A stretch of DNA of 64,000 bases. It comes from Geosiphon pyriformis uo1. Taxonomy: Eukaryota > Fungi > Glomeromycota. The position numbers were made by a program, and so were the translations under genes. The stretch covers positions 248,001 through 312,000 of the forward strand of contig JAAOMT010000076.1 of NCBI GenBank assembly GCA_016748015.1, in the 5' to 3' direction. The notes under the pieces were generated by a model. The model was not told the DNA's origin. It made no database searches and saw only the letters and a list, made by a program, of their open reading frames with translations. Below are positions 1-14,621 of this stretch, in pieces (position 1 is the stretch's first letter; each line of letters begins with the position of its first letter).

Positions 1-3000
1 AATGTGGGATAAAAATAAAAATAAAAATTCTTCTCCCATTGCATTCAAGAACTGACAGGTTTTTTGTTTGGTAGATAAAAAATGTACTAACGGCAATTAT
101 TCTTTTATTTTAAATATATAGTGAACCCAGAATTTTAAGCTTTGAAGATAAGACAAAAAAAGAAATTGTTTTCGTGGGTCTAAAACCTTAAATTTCGAAA
201 ATCAGTTAAATCAATTATTCTTGCAAAGTACCTTAAAATTTGACCGGCAAATATGTAATATAATTTTAGGGTTCAAGCTTTTTAGCGATCAGAAATAATA
301 ATTTATCAAGTAATATCTCAAATAATATGGAAAAAGTTTTCTATTCCCAACTTTTATTATTCCGGGATACCTTTTGTTAAAGTGTGAGGGATCGAGTAGT
401 CCTTGACTATTGTGCCATATGGATAAAATGAGGGATCTGATACGATAAACTTATTTGGAAAAAAGTTTGATAATGAAGGAAGGATAATTTCGGATGATAA
501 AGTGAAGGAAAAAATATCAAATAAAATTGCTATAGTTATTTACGACCAATCGTTGTATGATTGTTTTTTTTTTATAGCTTAATTACATATTTACAATCAA
601 TCTCATTTGGACAATAAAAATTTCTGAATGCTGAATTTTTTATGAATATTTCGATTTATTTATTCTCAATTTTCTCCGTAAAAATTTTCTGATTTTTAAA
701 TATGTTTCAGAAAAGATTTCATAAAAACTATTCAATTTAGAGTCGGTGTTTCTGTTGATTACATGATCATTAGCCAAAGAAATGAGAACTCGGGTAGGCA
801 ATAAAATTAGTTTCTATTTTTAAAAGTATTTTTATTTAAAATCTAGTAAACTGAAAAAGAGTCAATAAAATCTTAAATGAATTTTTAATTCACTTAATTA
901 TTTACCTAATAAGATTGTCTCTCTCTTTTTATAAGTATAGAAAATTAAAAATAAAGTGCTTCGTGACTAAAATTTCATATCACTTGATGAGTTAGGTTTG
1001 ACAAAAATCTAAGGCGATCAAAAATTTACAGCAGTTTTCAATATCATCAGATTGTTTTTTAATATATTGTTAATGACTATAACATCGATCAAAATAAAGA
1101 AGGATTTTTCAAAATATTCTATATGAGTTATAATTTTTAGAAAGCCAAAGAATATAGATAGTAAAATTTTATTCAAATGTAAACTAATCTTAAATTAATT
1201 ATATAATTTACCTAAAATAAATAAAAGAATTATTAAAAGTTCATTTATCTTCACCATCTTCGGATTTTCTCAAGGGTTCAAATTTGTATATTGATCAATT
1301 TTATTAGGGTTACTTTGAAATGATTAACTTACATTTGAGGTTCATTTATACCAAAATATATATTAGAAAACTAACATATCCTTCTTTTTTAAACCTTTAA
1401 CTAAGTTCAACGATTCCTTTTAATCTAAACTTGTAATATTTATATTATATTATAGAACATGAAATTCTATTTTATCAGAAAAGTAAGAATACGAATTTAA
1501 ACCCTATTTTTCCATCATCACATCATATTTTCATAGAACTTTCTCCAAGAGTTACTTTGGTAGTTATTTTTAAAGCTTTGTTACACAATGTTAAAATTCA
1601 TTAACATATCTTCTAAATCTGTAGAACTGGATTTCAGATAGCAAGGAACCAATAAATGATAATCCCGTTCATTAACCTAATGAGGGTAGGATTTGATTGT
1701 TATGCCAGGTTTCACGATTGCTTAATTGACATTATCATTTTGCTGTAACCCCCAAATCAAGTATCCCAAAAGAATGAATGAGAAATAGTAATTGACTCGA
1801 ATTAGAAGTAATACAGAAAATTGTAACTCTCTTTTTAATCGGAAAAAATTTAAAAAGTTTTTGGAAAACTCCCCAATTATTATATTTACTATCAAAAAAC
1901 TACTATCTGGATTTTTCTATATTTGTTCAACTCATTTTGATTGAACTTTTTAATATGAGTTCTGTTTTTTGGTTATATCCTAAATTTCATTTTTAAAAAA
2001 GCAAAACGAGATAATATTAAAATTTTTTAGAATGAATTTTAGAATTTTTTTTAGGTGGTCACACTACAGAATATGCTGCTTTAAACTTGTCAATTTCAGG
2101 TTAATTAGCTTTTTTTGATACCTGAATTTATTCCTTTTTTTCTTAATAGTTAATTCTTTGAATATCAAGATACAGTAGGTACAACACATTAAATATTGGT
2201 AACAATCCCTAACTTTATTTAGACGCCCTCTGATAATCTATATAATTCTATCATTCATCTGGGGTAGATGTAGTTCAAAAAATGAATAATATTCCATTTT
2301 TCAAGTATTTTGAACAGAAACTTTGTATTTTCCCCAATATTACTCATCGTAAGAAATATTTGAACATTACATAAATGACAAAAGGTTCTCGAAACTATTT
2401 GTAATTTATTTAAATCTAGTAAGTGATAGAATCAAGTTATTTAAAACTTGGATTTCATCTCACATTCCAAGTGCATTAGAAAGAACTGGACTGGACTGGG
2501 TATATTACAAACAAAACAATTACTATGAAAAAGGTCTTATTAATTCGAATTTTTTAAGCCCTAATTAATGGGGAATTAGTTTAAGATAAACGGCTAAACT
2601 TTATGTATTACGTTTTCCTGGTTAAAATCGAGAAAAATTTTATTTCTTTTTGTGTATTATAATTCTAAAAATCTTGATATTTTCAAAATAAAATACCTTT
2701 GCATCTATAAAAAAAATGTTATAATATAATCCAATCCCATCTTTGTCATTGATACATTGGAAACAGTAGTTTGGAAATTAGTGTAACCTCTATAAATAAA
2801 TTTTAATGTTAATTTTTGTAAACGGTATTATTATTAGTAATACGAAATGGGAATTTATTTTCTTTCCTTAATGATGATGGGGATTATAATTCTCCGTCTC
2901 ATGTTAATGCTTCATTTACCTTAAACACAGCTCCCAAATTTATATTTTCACCTGGTCCGGCAAAACCTGCTTGCAGAAAACAAGTTTAGATGATTTTACA

Positions 3001-3520
3001 ATCGCAGTTACACATAATCATGATTGGCCTCATAAGCGACATCCAACAAATATTTTTACAAATCAGAAATTCCTCAAATTACCTTGTTTTATAGGTAACT
3101 GCAAAAATTTTAATTTGACAATTTAATTGTAAAACTTTATAACCATCGAAATAATTTAATTAATGGTGTTAAAAAAAATTAACATTTCAAACAGCAGAAA
3201 TTTTGACCCAATTATTTATTAAACTGCAAACTAAATTCTTCATTATTGCCTGATTCACCAGATTTTGGTATTTTACAGTTTTGTGATTAAAAAATTTTGG
3301 TGAAATTTTGAAATTACAAAAAGTCAGAGTTTTGAATAAAGAAATTATGACCAATAAATGTTTTGGATAATGATAACGTCTTACCCATTCTCCGAATCTA
3401 AAATATGCTATTTGATTGGACATAAACAACAGATTTTGCTTCATTATTAAAATAAATTCTCTAATATAAATGTATTTTTAATTTTATTTTGCAAATTTAA
3501 CCATATTTATTTTTTAAATA

Positions 3521-3630
3521 TACAGTCAACCCTCCTTAAATGCACACCCTCTCTAAGTGCACAGTTATTACTGGTTCTATAATGGGACTTATAGATAAGT
3601 GCACACTATTTATTCTGTAAGTGCACATTA
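3521..3630 (+). mobile_element. Terminal inverted repeat end of a pogo/Tigger-like (Tc1/mariner superfamily) DNA transposon; partner end not found
   Basis: TA followed by CAGTCAACCCTCC (TA target plus CAGT start typical of pogo-like TIRs), then four copies of an AA(A/G)TGCACA motif within ~100 bp, resembling transposase-binding repeats. Confidence 0.45.
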
Positions 3631-5599
3631 TTTTTCAGATTCATCCATATATAATGCTTCTTTATAAGCAGTAACATCGAAATGACTGGTCATTTAAATT
3701 CCAGGTCATTGCAAATGATTCGTGACCAAATGACTCGAGTTATTTGGGTTATTTTGGTTGGTCATATAAATTTATGCACATGTTTATTATTATTTGTAGA
3801 ATATATCCCAATATCTTGTGTTCCTCAAATTATTAAAATTCTAGTGATACAGTATCTTATACCCAATATCCTGTGTTCCTCAAATAATTGGAAAATAATC
3901 TTTTTTTTTTTACAAAAAACCTTACAATAGGTAAAAAAGAACATAACTTTCAAGAATTTTTTCATTTGGCTAAACCTGTGACAAAAAAAACAAATAAAAA
4001 GACAGTTTGCTTTTTATGTATATAAAAGCACACCTTATTTTTTTTCTTACAAATTCTAAGTGCTTTGTTTCTAACAAGACAAAATTATGTTAAAACTATT
4101 TTTGAAGTGCCCAAATTTTGAAGTGAAATGTAATATACAAAAGATTTTGGAGAGTTATGTATGATCAGTACTTGAAAATACTAAAAAAAAAGTAAAAGAT
4201 ATAATTTTATTAATTTTCATTGATTAAAAGTGTATTTTACTCATTAACCTATATTTTTAATATAACAATAGTAATTAGTATTGATTTTGATTTTGAATAT
4301 GAAAATTTTACTTTAATTTTTACAAATTTTAAGATCTGAAAATTATTTACCAATGTTTTTATTTCAAAATAAAAAGAAAATTTTTTTTACTGATTATATT
4401 ATGTATTTATTATCTGAAAAAACAAGCTGTATTTTAAAAATATGGTATTGCATATGATTATATTAAATGGGTTTTTATTATTTTTATAAAAAATCAAAAA
4501 TCATAAGATTTTTTAATTTTATTAAACCAACTTTAAAATTATCTAACTATAGATCAAATTTAAAAAATTCATTTGCAAATAAAATTAAATAATTGCAGTT
4601 TTTGATGACTAAACAAATAATCAATAAAAGCATTTTTTTGGTGTAATTTTTATTACTTTTAAGAAAAAATTTTAATTGGAAATATATGTAATATGAACAA
4701 AATTAATAATCAAAAACCAAAAATATAAAACTTTTTATTAAAAATATAATAAATAATACTAAAATAAAGGCATAAAAATTAATTGCTATGTATTATATTT
4801 TATTAATCAATATACAAATATAATACAAATATTCAAATAAAATTTATAATTTGTATAATATATTAAATAAATTTTTTTGGTAATATTTTATAAAGTCTAA
4901 TACATATAAAATAACATTAAAAAATACAAAATATTTTGTAAGTTAATTTAATTTTTTTTTATATTTTATTTTTAAGATTTGTTATAACCATTATGTAAAG
5001 TATTAAATAAATTCTAAAAAAAATATTACAAGATTATATTGAATTGTATATTGTTTGAATATATTATTAAAATTTTTGCAATTTGTTTAGATAAATATTT
5101 TTGATTATACGATTACATGATTAAAAATTAATAATTTCAATAAAAACAACTTTTACTTTTATTATCTATTTATTTTACATTCAAAATACTGATTTTCAAA
5201 GTTTTTTTCTAATATTTAAATTTTTTTATACTACTTTAACCAATAAATTAGTTATAGTTAAAAAAATTAATACATATTTTAAATAAATTTTTATTATATT
5301 AAAAAAAAATATAAAAAAATATAAAAATATATATAATAATTTAATAAAAATATTATAAAATTTTGGAAATTTGCAAAAAATTTAACATTAAAATTATTTA
5401 ATTGGTTATATAATTATTTAAAATATATATTAATTTAGCTTTTATTAAATAATTATAGTTAAATATAAGTTTTTTATTTTTAAATTTTATGTTACTAATT
5501 TTAATTGTTTATATAAATATAAAATAATATTAATAATAAGTGGTTGGGCCACACTCGTAAAATGCTTAATAAAAAAATAATAATAATAAATCAATTATG

Positions 5600-8500
5600 T
5601 AATAATATAATAAGTAAATAAAAATATGAAATTTTAAAAATGCTAAAAAATAACACAAATAAATTCATATTACAACTCTTATTTAATTTTATAATAACAA
5701 TAAAACTAAATTACAAAAAAATTAAAAAAATTAATTTTACTTAATGCAAATAATAATATTACAATCTTTAATAAAAAACATTAATTACGTATTATTAAAA
5801 ATTAAATAAACATATTAAATATTAAAATTTATTTAAATAATAATAAAATTATAAAAAATAATTATTTAAATTTAAATTTAAATTAAATAAATATATTATT
5901 TCTTTTATAGATAATTTATTATCAAAATAAAATTTTTTAGAATTATTTTTATATTTTAATAAATTTTTATATAATCAATAACTAATTATTAATTATTTAA
6001 ATTATTTAAACTATTTTTATATATTTATTATTATTATTTATAAATGAATATTTTAATATTTTTTATGCTAAAAAAACTTATAATAATAGTTATTTTATCT
6101 TTAATTTGTGATTAGTTAAATATTTTTAAACTATATAATAAAAAATAAAAAAAAATTTTATTGAAAAAATCTTTGAAAAAACTTATTATAGATTTTAAAA
6201 CTTTTTCAATTAATAAATCTTATCACAAATATTTTTAAGTATATAATATAATAATTTTTAATAAAATATGATATAATAAATATTAAATAACCAAATTTTT
6301 ATATAAATAATTTTTTTAAAATTTTATTAACAAAAAATTTCATATCAAATTGGGTTTTTCTTAATTATTAAAAAAACACAACTTGTAATATTTAAAATAT
6401 TTTGTATAATAACATAACTACTGTCTATTTAAATAATATTATTAACAAAAACATCTTAAAAAAATATATTAAAATCTGTTTTATTAATTAATTTGTTAAT
6501 ACTAATTACAAATTTTAGATTTATATAATACTTATATATATGTTTATTTTTTAACTTTATATAATAAAAAATCATAAAAAATATACCAAAAATAAAATTT
6601 TTTTTAATCTAATTTATTATGTATACTATATTTATATATTAAATTAAAATTAGTTATAACATAATTAAATTTTATTTTATAAATACTGTTAATAAACTTT
6701 ATATATATTTTGCTTTTGCATAAATTATTAAATCAAATATTTGAGGCATATTTTATATAACTATTTTTATAATTAAATTAATAATAAAAACAAATATATG
6801 CATAAAAGTTTTTTTTAAAACAGAAAAATTGCTATTTTAAAAAATTTTATTATACTTATAAGCATAAAATATTTTGTTTGATAAAATTTTAAATAAATTT
6901 TTTCTAGCAGTTTAAATCAAAGCAATAAGTTTTATATTACTAAAATTTTATTTAATTATAGAATTTAGAAATTATTAAAATCTAAGTTTTTTTTTTAAAA
7001 ATTAAAAACTTTTTTTAATATTAAACAAAAATTCTGTAATTTAAATAACTAATTTAAAATAAATTAACTACAATGTTTTTAAAACTTATTTGGAATTTTG
7101 AAAAATTTTATTATTTTCTTTTAAGTAATATTTAATAACTTATTATAATTAATATACTTTATAATTCAAAACAACTTTTTTAAAAAAGTATTTTAACATA
7201 TTTTTAATTATATAATTTTTATAAAATAAAAAACTTTTTATGTATTTTTTTATACTTAAAATTTTTAATTATTTTAATTTTATGTATTTTAAAATATAAT
7301 AAGATCTTTTAGTTTTAAGCAAACATAAAAACAAATTTAAAAGACAATTGTTACTATTTAATAAAATTTTAAATTCTTAATTTTAAGAATATATTTTAAA
7401 TAATTATACTATTAATTAATATTATTTTAAAAATAGCTTTTAAAATCTTTAAAACCAACTTTTTTAATTTAAAATACTCAAAAACATATTTTATTAATTG
7501 CATTATTAAACTTACAAAATATAGTTTTTGAAAACATTTTATTAGTTAAAAAAATAATAATTTCTTTTAAAATATTTTATATAATCTTTTAATTATTATT
7601 AGTTTTAGATTTTTTAAAAGTTATAACATAATTTAATGTATAATTCAAAGTTAAATTTTCAAAATATATATTTAGATTTTTTTATAAATCTTTTCAATTT
7701 TGTATTTTTAGCAAGTTTTATTAATTTGTTTTCAAATTTTATTTATTTAAAAAACCACACAAATAAAATTTAATAAAGACCAAATTATAATTATTGTTAA
7801 AAAATTCTTTTATATTATTAATTTTTTAATTAATTAAAGTATTAAACAGATTTTTATTAACCAAAATAAAGTTTAGAGTTTTTTTAATGGTTTTATAATT
7901 GTTTTAATTAAGAATATTTACAAGAAAACTATTATTTAAAAAGTTTGATAAACTCAAATTTAAATATTTATTAAAACTAATATTATGTTTTATATAATTT
8001 TTATGAAGTTCTTTTTTATTATTATAAAAAAGCTTTTATTGATAATTTTAGCAATTATATTATTAACTATAACAGCTTTAAAAAACTTTTTTTGAACAAA
8101 TAAACTACATAAAATCCACTTACTAAAACAAACAATTTGTTTTTAAACAAAAATTTGATTATTAAAAGCTTATTAACAATTTTATTAATAATTATTATAA
8201 CATTAAAGTTTATAAACCCAAAATTTTTATAAAAACAAAATATTCTAATTTTTTTAAATTTGTACATAATTTAAGAACTATTTTTATTCTTTAATTGAAT
8301 TTTTATAATAATTATAAAATTTTTATGCTATTTAATAATGTTAATTTGTTTAATAAAATTGCTTATCTTTTTTATATTATATATAGTAATCTTCTAAATT
8401 AAACTGTTTATAAAAAAAGTCTGAAAACAATTTTAACTTAAAAACTAAAGAATTCTATTTAAACAATAGTTTTTTAAAAATCTTTAAAAACTCATTAATT

Positions 8501-9960
8501 TTTTTATAGTAACCAATTTTAAATTAATTAAAATCATTAAAAAGATGATTAAATTTAAAAAAAAACAAAACCAAAAATAGAACTATTTTTTTTAAATTTT
8601 TAACAATTATTTGTGTTTAAATTTTATAATTAAAAATAATTAAATAATTAATAAAAGCAAACTTTTTGGCAAAATTATAAATAAAATATAACTTGATATT
8701 ATTTAACAAATATTTTGTGAACTTAAGAAAAAATATATTAGCAGGATTGTATTTTAAAGCTATATAAATAAGATAATTGTAAACAATATACTTGAAAAAA
8801 TTAAGTCTAGTCTATATTAAAACAGTATTTGAATTTTTTAAAATTGGCATCTAACTTATAGCTTTAATTCTGATTTTTTTGATTTAAAACAAATTGTTAT
8901 ATACTAATATTTTATATAAATTACAGAATTTTATTAATAATACAAATTTTTTTACTTCTAGAATTTTAGATATTTTTAAAATTATAAACATCAATACTTA
9001 TTAATAAAATATATAGCAATATATAATATACATTTTTTTTGATTCAAATTTCTTGTTTATATTTGTTTAACCAATATGTAAAGTTTTTTTTAATTAGAAT
9101 AGACTATAACTAAGTTACATAATTATGGTTTTTTATCAAAAATTAATAAATTATAATTTAATTAATATAATATTATTAAAAGCAAAAAGTGCAGCAACTT
9201 TGTTTTTTTTGAGGTGTTAATTAAAACTTTATTAATAACCACATTTTAATTTGAACAATTATTTGTATTCTTAAGATTAATATTAAAAACCAGGCTCTTT
9301 TTTACAGTCAAAATTTTTTTTACAGCCAGACTTAATTTAGAAATAAAAATAAAAACCTCTTTAAAATCAACTACTAATGAAACATTATTTTATTATTCAC
9401 AATTTTTCTATAGATAACTTTTCTTTTATAGCAGACAAATTGATATTCAACATAAAAAATTTCTTAACAGCAAAAACAATTTTTTCTTTGAATAACAAAA
9501 AAGAAGTTGGCAGTAATACTATCTTTAATGAAAGCAGAAATAAGTTCACACTCATTTCTTTATTATCATCTAGTACATTGAAATTTGGCATTTCAAGGAG
9601 CTTTACTACCACTTTTTTTTAACAGAATTCATCTTGGCTGTTGCAACTATTAAATTGTTTATATAGTATTTCTTATTTTCTTATTATCAATTCACTTTCA
9701 CTTGCATCATTGAGCTTACTTTCAGATCTTACTCATCTTTTGAAAGAACCACCAGCATTACCAAAAGCCTTTACATTGTTTCTCTTGGTACTACTTTTGT
9801 TTGGATTTATTGTGTCTTTGTTGGTGTCAGAACCAGAGCTCTTTTTAGTCTTGTTCCTGGTTATACTCATAACAGTGCTATTTAGAGCAGCCAATTCTTG
9901 AATTAAGGGGTTTTCTGACTCAATAATGTAAGAATATAAAGAATATAAAACGAAAAAAAC
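5600..9960 (-). mobile_element. Heavily degenerated non-LTR retrotransposon (LINE; ORF1-like, APE endonuclease and reverse transcriptase remnants)
   Basis: Minus-strand remnants in colinear order: ORF start MSITRNKTKK at ~9870; endonuclease-like 'IIIIN..LLIIKFLFKNKLFV..SGFY' (8067-8267) followed by 'IAKIINKSFFIIIKKELH' (degenerate ..GGDFN); RT motifs 'WYIFYDFLL' (~6561-6590; ancestral W.IFYDPLL) and 'FVNNII*I' (~6424-6450; ancestral FVDDTIW). Differences are mostly explicable by G>A/C>T. Boundaries approximate. Confidence 0.7.
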
Positions 9961-11998
9961 TCTTTTAAGAAACTTTTCTCTTTCTTATGGGTTTTTGGGA
10001 TGAACGAGAAAAAGGATTATGTAAATAAAATAAAATAAAATATATATTTCATAATATAATTGTATTAGTAAAAAATTATCATTTATTCAAAAACGATATC
10101 CTTTTTATTAAAACAAAAAATTTAAGTTTATCAAATAATTTTGCGATTTAAATATCTAGTGAATAAAAACAATTATTGATTTAAATATATTTTAAAAAAA
10201 ATGGAAGATCAAGAAAAACTAAACAAATATATTAAACTTTTTTTATTCTGAAGTTTTGAACCATTTTTTTTATTGGGGAAAATTTTTTATGAAAAAACAG
10301 ATTTAATAATACAATAAAATACGATTAAAATTATTATAAAAAAAACCTATATATAAATTCAAGATATTTTATTTTAATTATTTATTTTTAGCTTAACATA
10401 TTTATTTTTAGAAATAATGGTTCATTTATTTTTAAAAGTTAAATTAACAAACTGGTAGATAGCGAAAAGTATAAAAAAAGGTGATGAATAAGATTAAATA
10501 AAAAAAGAAAAGAAAAAAAACAAATTGAATATGATAAGTTATCAAATAAGAAAAATTAAAACAAATATTATTATTATTATTTTTTCAAGTTTTTTTCTTG
10601 GAATATTTGATTTATATGACATTTATAAATAAATTTCCGTACCGTGTAGTAGAAAATAGAATACCTCTGTGTTCCTAGTTATTGGCAACCAGATTTCAGA
10701 AAATTTATAATGTAGAAATATCTGAATGCATATTTTGTGAGCAAACCATTTTCAAGCCTAATGCTGAACAAATTTCATTTTATATGATGGTAATCATAAC
10801 TTCCCTTATGAAATTGAAAATCTGAATTTTTATTCGACACGAAATAAAAATAAGTAAATTATTGTCTCTTTCAATTTGATTTCCTTTTTCCTTGACTGGT
10901 TTTTACATTAGAGGAATATCCTGTTTTGCTTTTTTCCATCAAACGTGTTTAGATCTGATAAAAATTGGAAATTTTGAGTGTGTTCAGGAACTTTAATAAT
11001 GTCTAATAAAATAATCGTTAGAAATGTGTAAAGACAACGCTAACGTGCTTGTCTTATTTCTGATTAAATAATATAAAGTCATGGGGATTTCAATTCTTCC
11101 AGTATGACAAAAACCACATAAATTGGAGGGTGGAAATTGTTGGCCTGCAGGTGCAAATGCAATTGTGAAGCTAAATAATTATGCGAAATTTTTTGAACTA
11201 TAAGAATACATTGAAAATTGGTCTGAAATTTTATTTTTGGGAGCCACTCTAAACTCTGAGAGTTGGATTTTTTAATAAATGTTGATCCAAAGACGCATGC
11301 GAGAAAATTATTCAATAAAGGATCGTGGCGATTCAATAGAAATTTTCTCATTTCCAAATGAATATCCGCAAAATTGGCTGTTACTTCAACCTTTTTCGCC
11401 AAGTGGGGTTTCCCCAAGTTCTATGGGCTAATAGATTTACCTGACAGTTTCTAAATTCAGCCAGTTTCCTTCTATGTGGCTGGCAATTCATTTTAGGAAT
11501 ATTCTGTATAAATTACATAAACCCTATATTTGGGGCTAGTGAGTGCACGGTGAAACCTTGATAATCTTTCGAAGCTATAGGTAGCTTTTTAGAAGTTCAA
11601 TCATTGCAGAGAAAAAATTCATTGCAATAAAGAACGCTTAATTAAGCCACGGTTCTTGCCACAAGACTTTTATTTAAATATTAAAATACCAAGAACAATA
11701 AAGTAAAGAAATGAGACCTGATGAAAATATTCAACGCAAAAAAGAATTCGAATTGATTGCCATTGCCCTGGAATTGAAGAACAACACGGGAAAATGGTTC
11801 ATCCTTTTCTTAGCTTCTTTTTTTTGTATTTCTTTTGATGAATTCTTGTCTGCCTTTTAGTTTCCCCCTTTTTGATCACTTTAAGGAACTTTTTTCGCTT
11901 TTTTGGCTTTTTCAGGAATCGCTTTAACTAGTTGCTCGAATTTAACATTACAAAGAAACTTTAGTTAATGTTAAAAGAATAATTACTAAAGAAAAAAT

Positions 11999-13796
11999 AT
12001 GGACCGTCAGCAACAACAGCGGTCGTCAAATAGGCAAGTTTTACTGCATTCCAGAGTTGTAGGAAAAATTGAGATCTAAACTTAATAATCTATACAAACC
12101 GATTCTTTTTAATACCTGAAAATTAAAATTAAAAGACAAGGTCGGGTTGAAGGTGGTATTGGTAGTCAAGCATCTTCTATGGGTATCATTCCAGGTCACG
12201 TGGCTCCACCGCTTCCTCCACGTACACCTACTCCAGGATCGCAACAACAATTACAATCCCCGAATACTTTACAAAATAACCCAAGTCCAAATGTTGCTGC
12301 TAATCGCCCAGTTGGAAGTCCGTCGGCCCCTATAAGACCTGTTATGCCACCAAGACCAGGCACAGGTGGTATTCAAAGTTTACAAGCAAGGCCAAGCTTG
12401 CCGGATATGAATCGTCTCTACAATCAAAATGCCGTTTCTGAACCACGTCTAAAACGTCAAGCTAGACATTCAACTAATTCAGGAAGGGATATACAAGTAC
12501 GATCATTTCAAAGTAATATCATCATTTCATCATTCGTAAATTTAAAATAATTTATAATCGTATACTGCAAATCTGTAATTGTTTACATTTCTTTGCCAAT
12601 TAGGACGGCATGAACCTCAAATATCATCTATGACTGGTGGATTTTCAGCACCACAACTAAGCACGCCTCAACAACACCAACAACCAGCAGCAGACATGAC
12701 TATCCCTCGACCTGCTTCCACTGAAACCTATTCTGAGCCATTTTATCCAGAAGCCTCTTTCTTTGTACCACAACCAGACCCAGACCCATATATTGAGACT
12801 AATACAAGAGGAGATTTAATACGTGTTGGAAATTCTGCTCCTACACCTCCTTTTTTTTATCCTCCACCACCTGCTTATCCATCAGCACAACAACGAACTA
12901 CTCAAGAACGACCTTTAGATAGTTACATGCAAAGAAATCATAATCCAATTATCTATCAGCCAAAAATGATTCCATCTCCAAGTCATAAATCTGGTCTGCT
13001 GAGATCTCGCGAATCTTGTGTAAATTTCATTGATGATGACGAGAATGCTTTCAAATCATGCAAAATTTGTCAGGAAGGGGATGAATGTGAAGACGAAGAA
13101 ATCACAGTTGATGGATCCAAAAGAATACCTAAAGGTCGTCTAATCTCTCCTTGTAAATGTAAAGGATCATTGCAATATGTTCATATTGGCTGTCTTCAAC
13201 GTTGGCGTGGTATTGGTATTCGTCAGGAAGCGGCATACCGATGTGAAGTTTGTCAATACGAATACAAATTTTACCGACCACGTGTTGCAAAGATCTTTGG
13301 GAGTCCGGTGTTTTTACATATATTAACAACCATGGCACTACTTTTAACGCTCTATGGTACCTCGTGGCTTGCTAAAGCTTTTGATATCTATGTCCTAAAT
13401 GATAGCAAAGACCATGCACATCAAAAAGCAAGCCCAAATATTTTGCTCTTGCACCCATGGCATTGGATTAGTGGACTTTTGATTCTTTCAAGTTTGGGCT
13501 TACTTTTTCTCATTTATAACAGTTGTCGATATGGTTGTCAAAGTACAAGAAATACTTATGTTTGGGCCTTTCCGTGTTGTACTCAATGGAATATGAATTT
13601 ATGTGCTAGATTAGGGATTGGCAATTCAAATGAATGCAGCGCGATTGCAATCGGATTTCTGATATTGCTATGCACGGTTTTCTTTGTTTTTGGTCTGATT
13701 GGTGCGATAAGTGGTACATATATGTTTATTGAACGAATTATAAGCAAATATCTAAAGAAAATTGAAGATACTATTCTGGAGGTTTCAAAAGGATAA
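11999..13796 (+). CDS. Membrane-associated RING-CH (RINGv/MARCH-type) E3 ubiquitin ligase, ~534 aa; exons 11999-12033, 12136-12512, 12604-13796
   Basis: C4HC3 finger CKIC..RLISPCKCKGSLQYVHIGCLQRW..CEVCQYEY followed by three hydrophobic segments, with a long Pro/Gln-rich N-terminus. Splice phases (GC-AG then GT-AG) join in frame; total 1605 nt. Confidence 0.88.
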
Positions 13797-14621
13797 TATG
13801 TATAGAACGATGAGGGGGCATATTTTATGTACATTTGCTATAAGCTTGTTAATGATATCCAAGACGTACAAAATTTGTACAAGAGTTTTCAATTCTCAAA
13901 GTTGATTTTGAAATAAAATACTACAATTAAACCAATTAAGAATGTTGTTATTATGATAGCAAACTTTGCCTTTGCTCCCATACATACCTTGACTTTTAAA
14001 AAAATCTGTTTAACCTGCATTTTCGCTTAATTTAGCAATTAATCCTAGCTGGAGACTTAGTGTGTCAATATTGGTTCTCTGGAGTCTAGAAATCTCAAAT
14101 GCATAAAACTGCTATCAGTAATCTCATGCAAATGAAAAATCATTTCTAGAACGATAATTTGTTCCAATCACAGGTGAAACTTGAATCTCCATTCTAATAA
14201 TCTAAAAGCATCATTAACACCAATCGTTCCACTTTTAGCACTTACAGTTGAACATCTCTTACGACGAAAATCGGCCCGATGTTCAAACATATAATTTTAC
14301 CGAGACCAGGATTATAAATGGTATTAGAAATACATATGGTAATAATAAGCGGCTGACAAATGTTCGTTTTTTCTGCTAGAAAAAAAATAATCGACAGAGG
14401 ATTAATTGCTTCAAAAAGATATAAAAGCTATGCCCTTCACCGCTTTTACTTTCATTCTGCTCCAAATTTTCTCCCAAGACCCCGACTTGCCATTCTTAGC
14501 CTGTGTACATTATTTTAAAAGATCTCACATTTGCGAATATTCGGGTGACAAGAAAAATTAATTTTTTTTCCTCATCCATCAAAGGACAATTTCAAAGACT
14601 CAACCCAATCTTTCATACAAA

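Noticed and set aside
1-3200. Coding-like fragments (e.g. YYSGIPFVK ~360; DRIKLFKTWISSHIPSALE ~2425) suggesting decayed genes
   Set aside because: No continuous frame or recognisable domain; cannot be supported without a homology search.
5539-5562. Conserved TGGTTGGGCC.. motif as an LTR primer-binding site
   Set aside because: Its complement does not fit tRNA T-arm/acceptor spacing and no LTR pair is visible.
11079-11417. 112-aa minus-strand ORF upstream of the RING-CH gene
   Set aside because: Non-ATG start, no recognisable motif, no convincing splice model.
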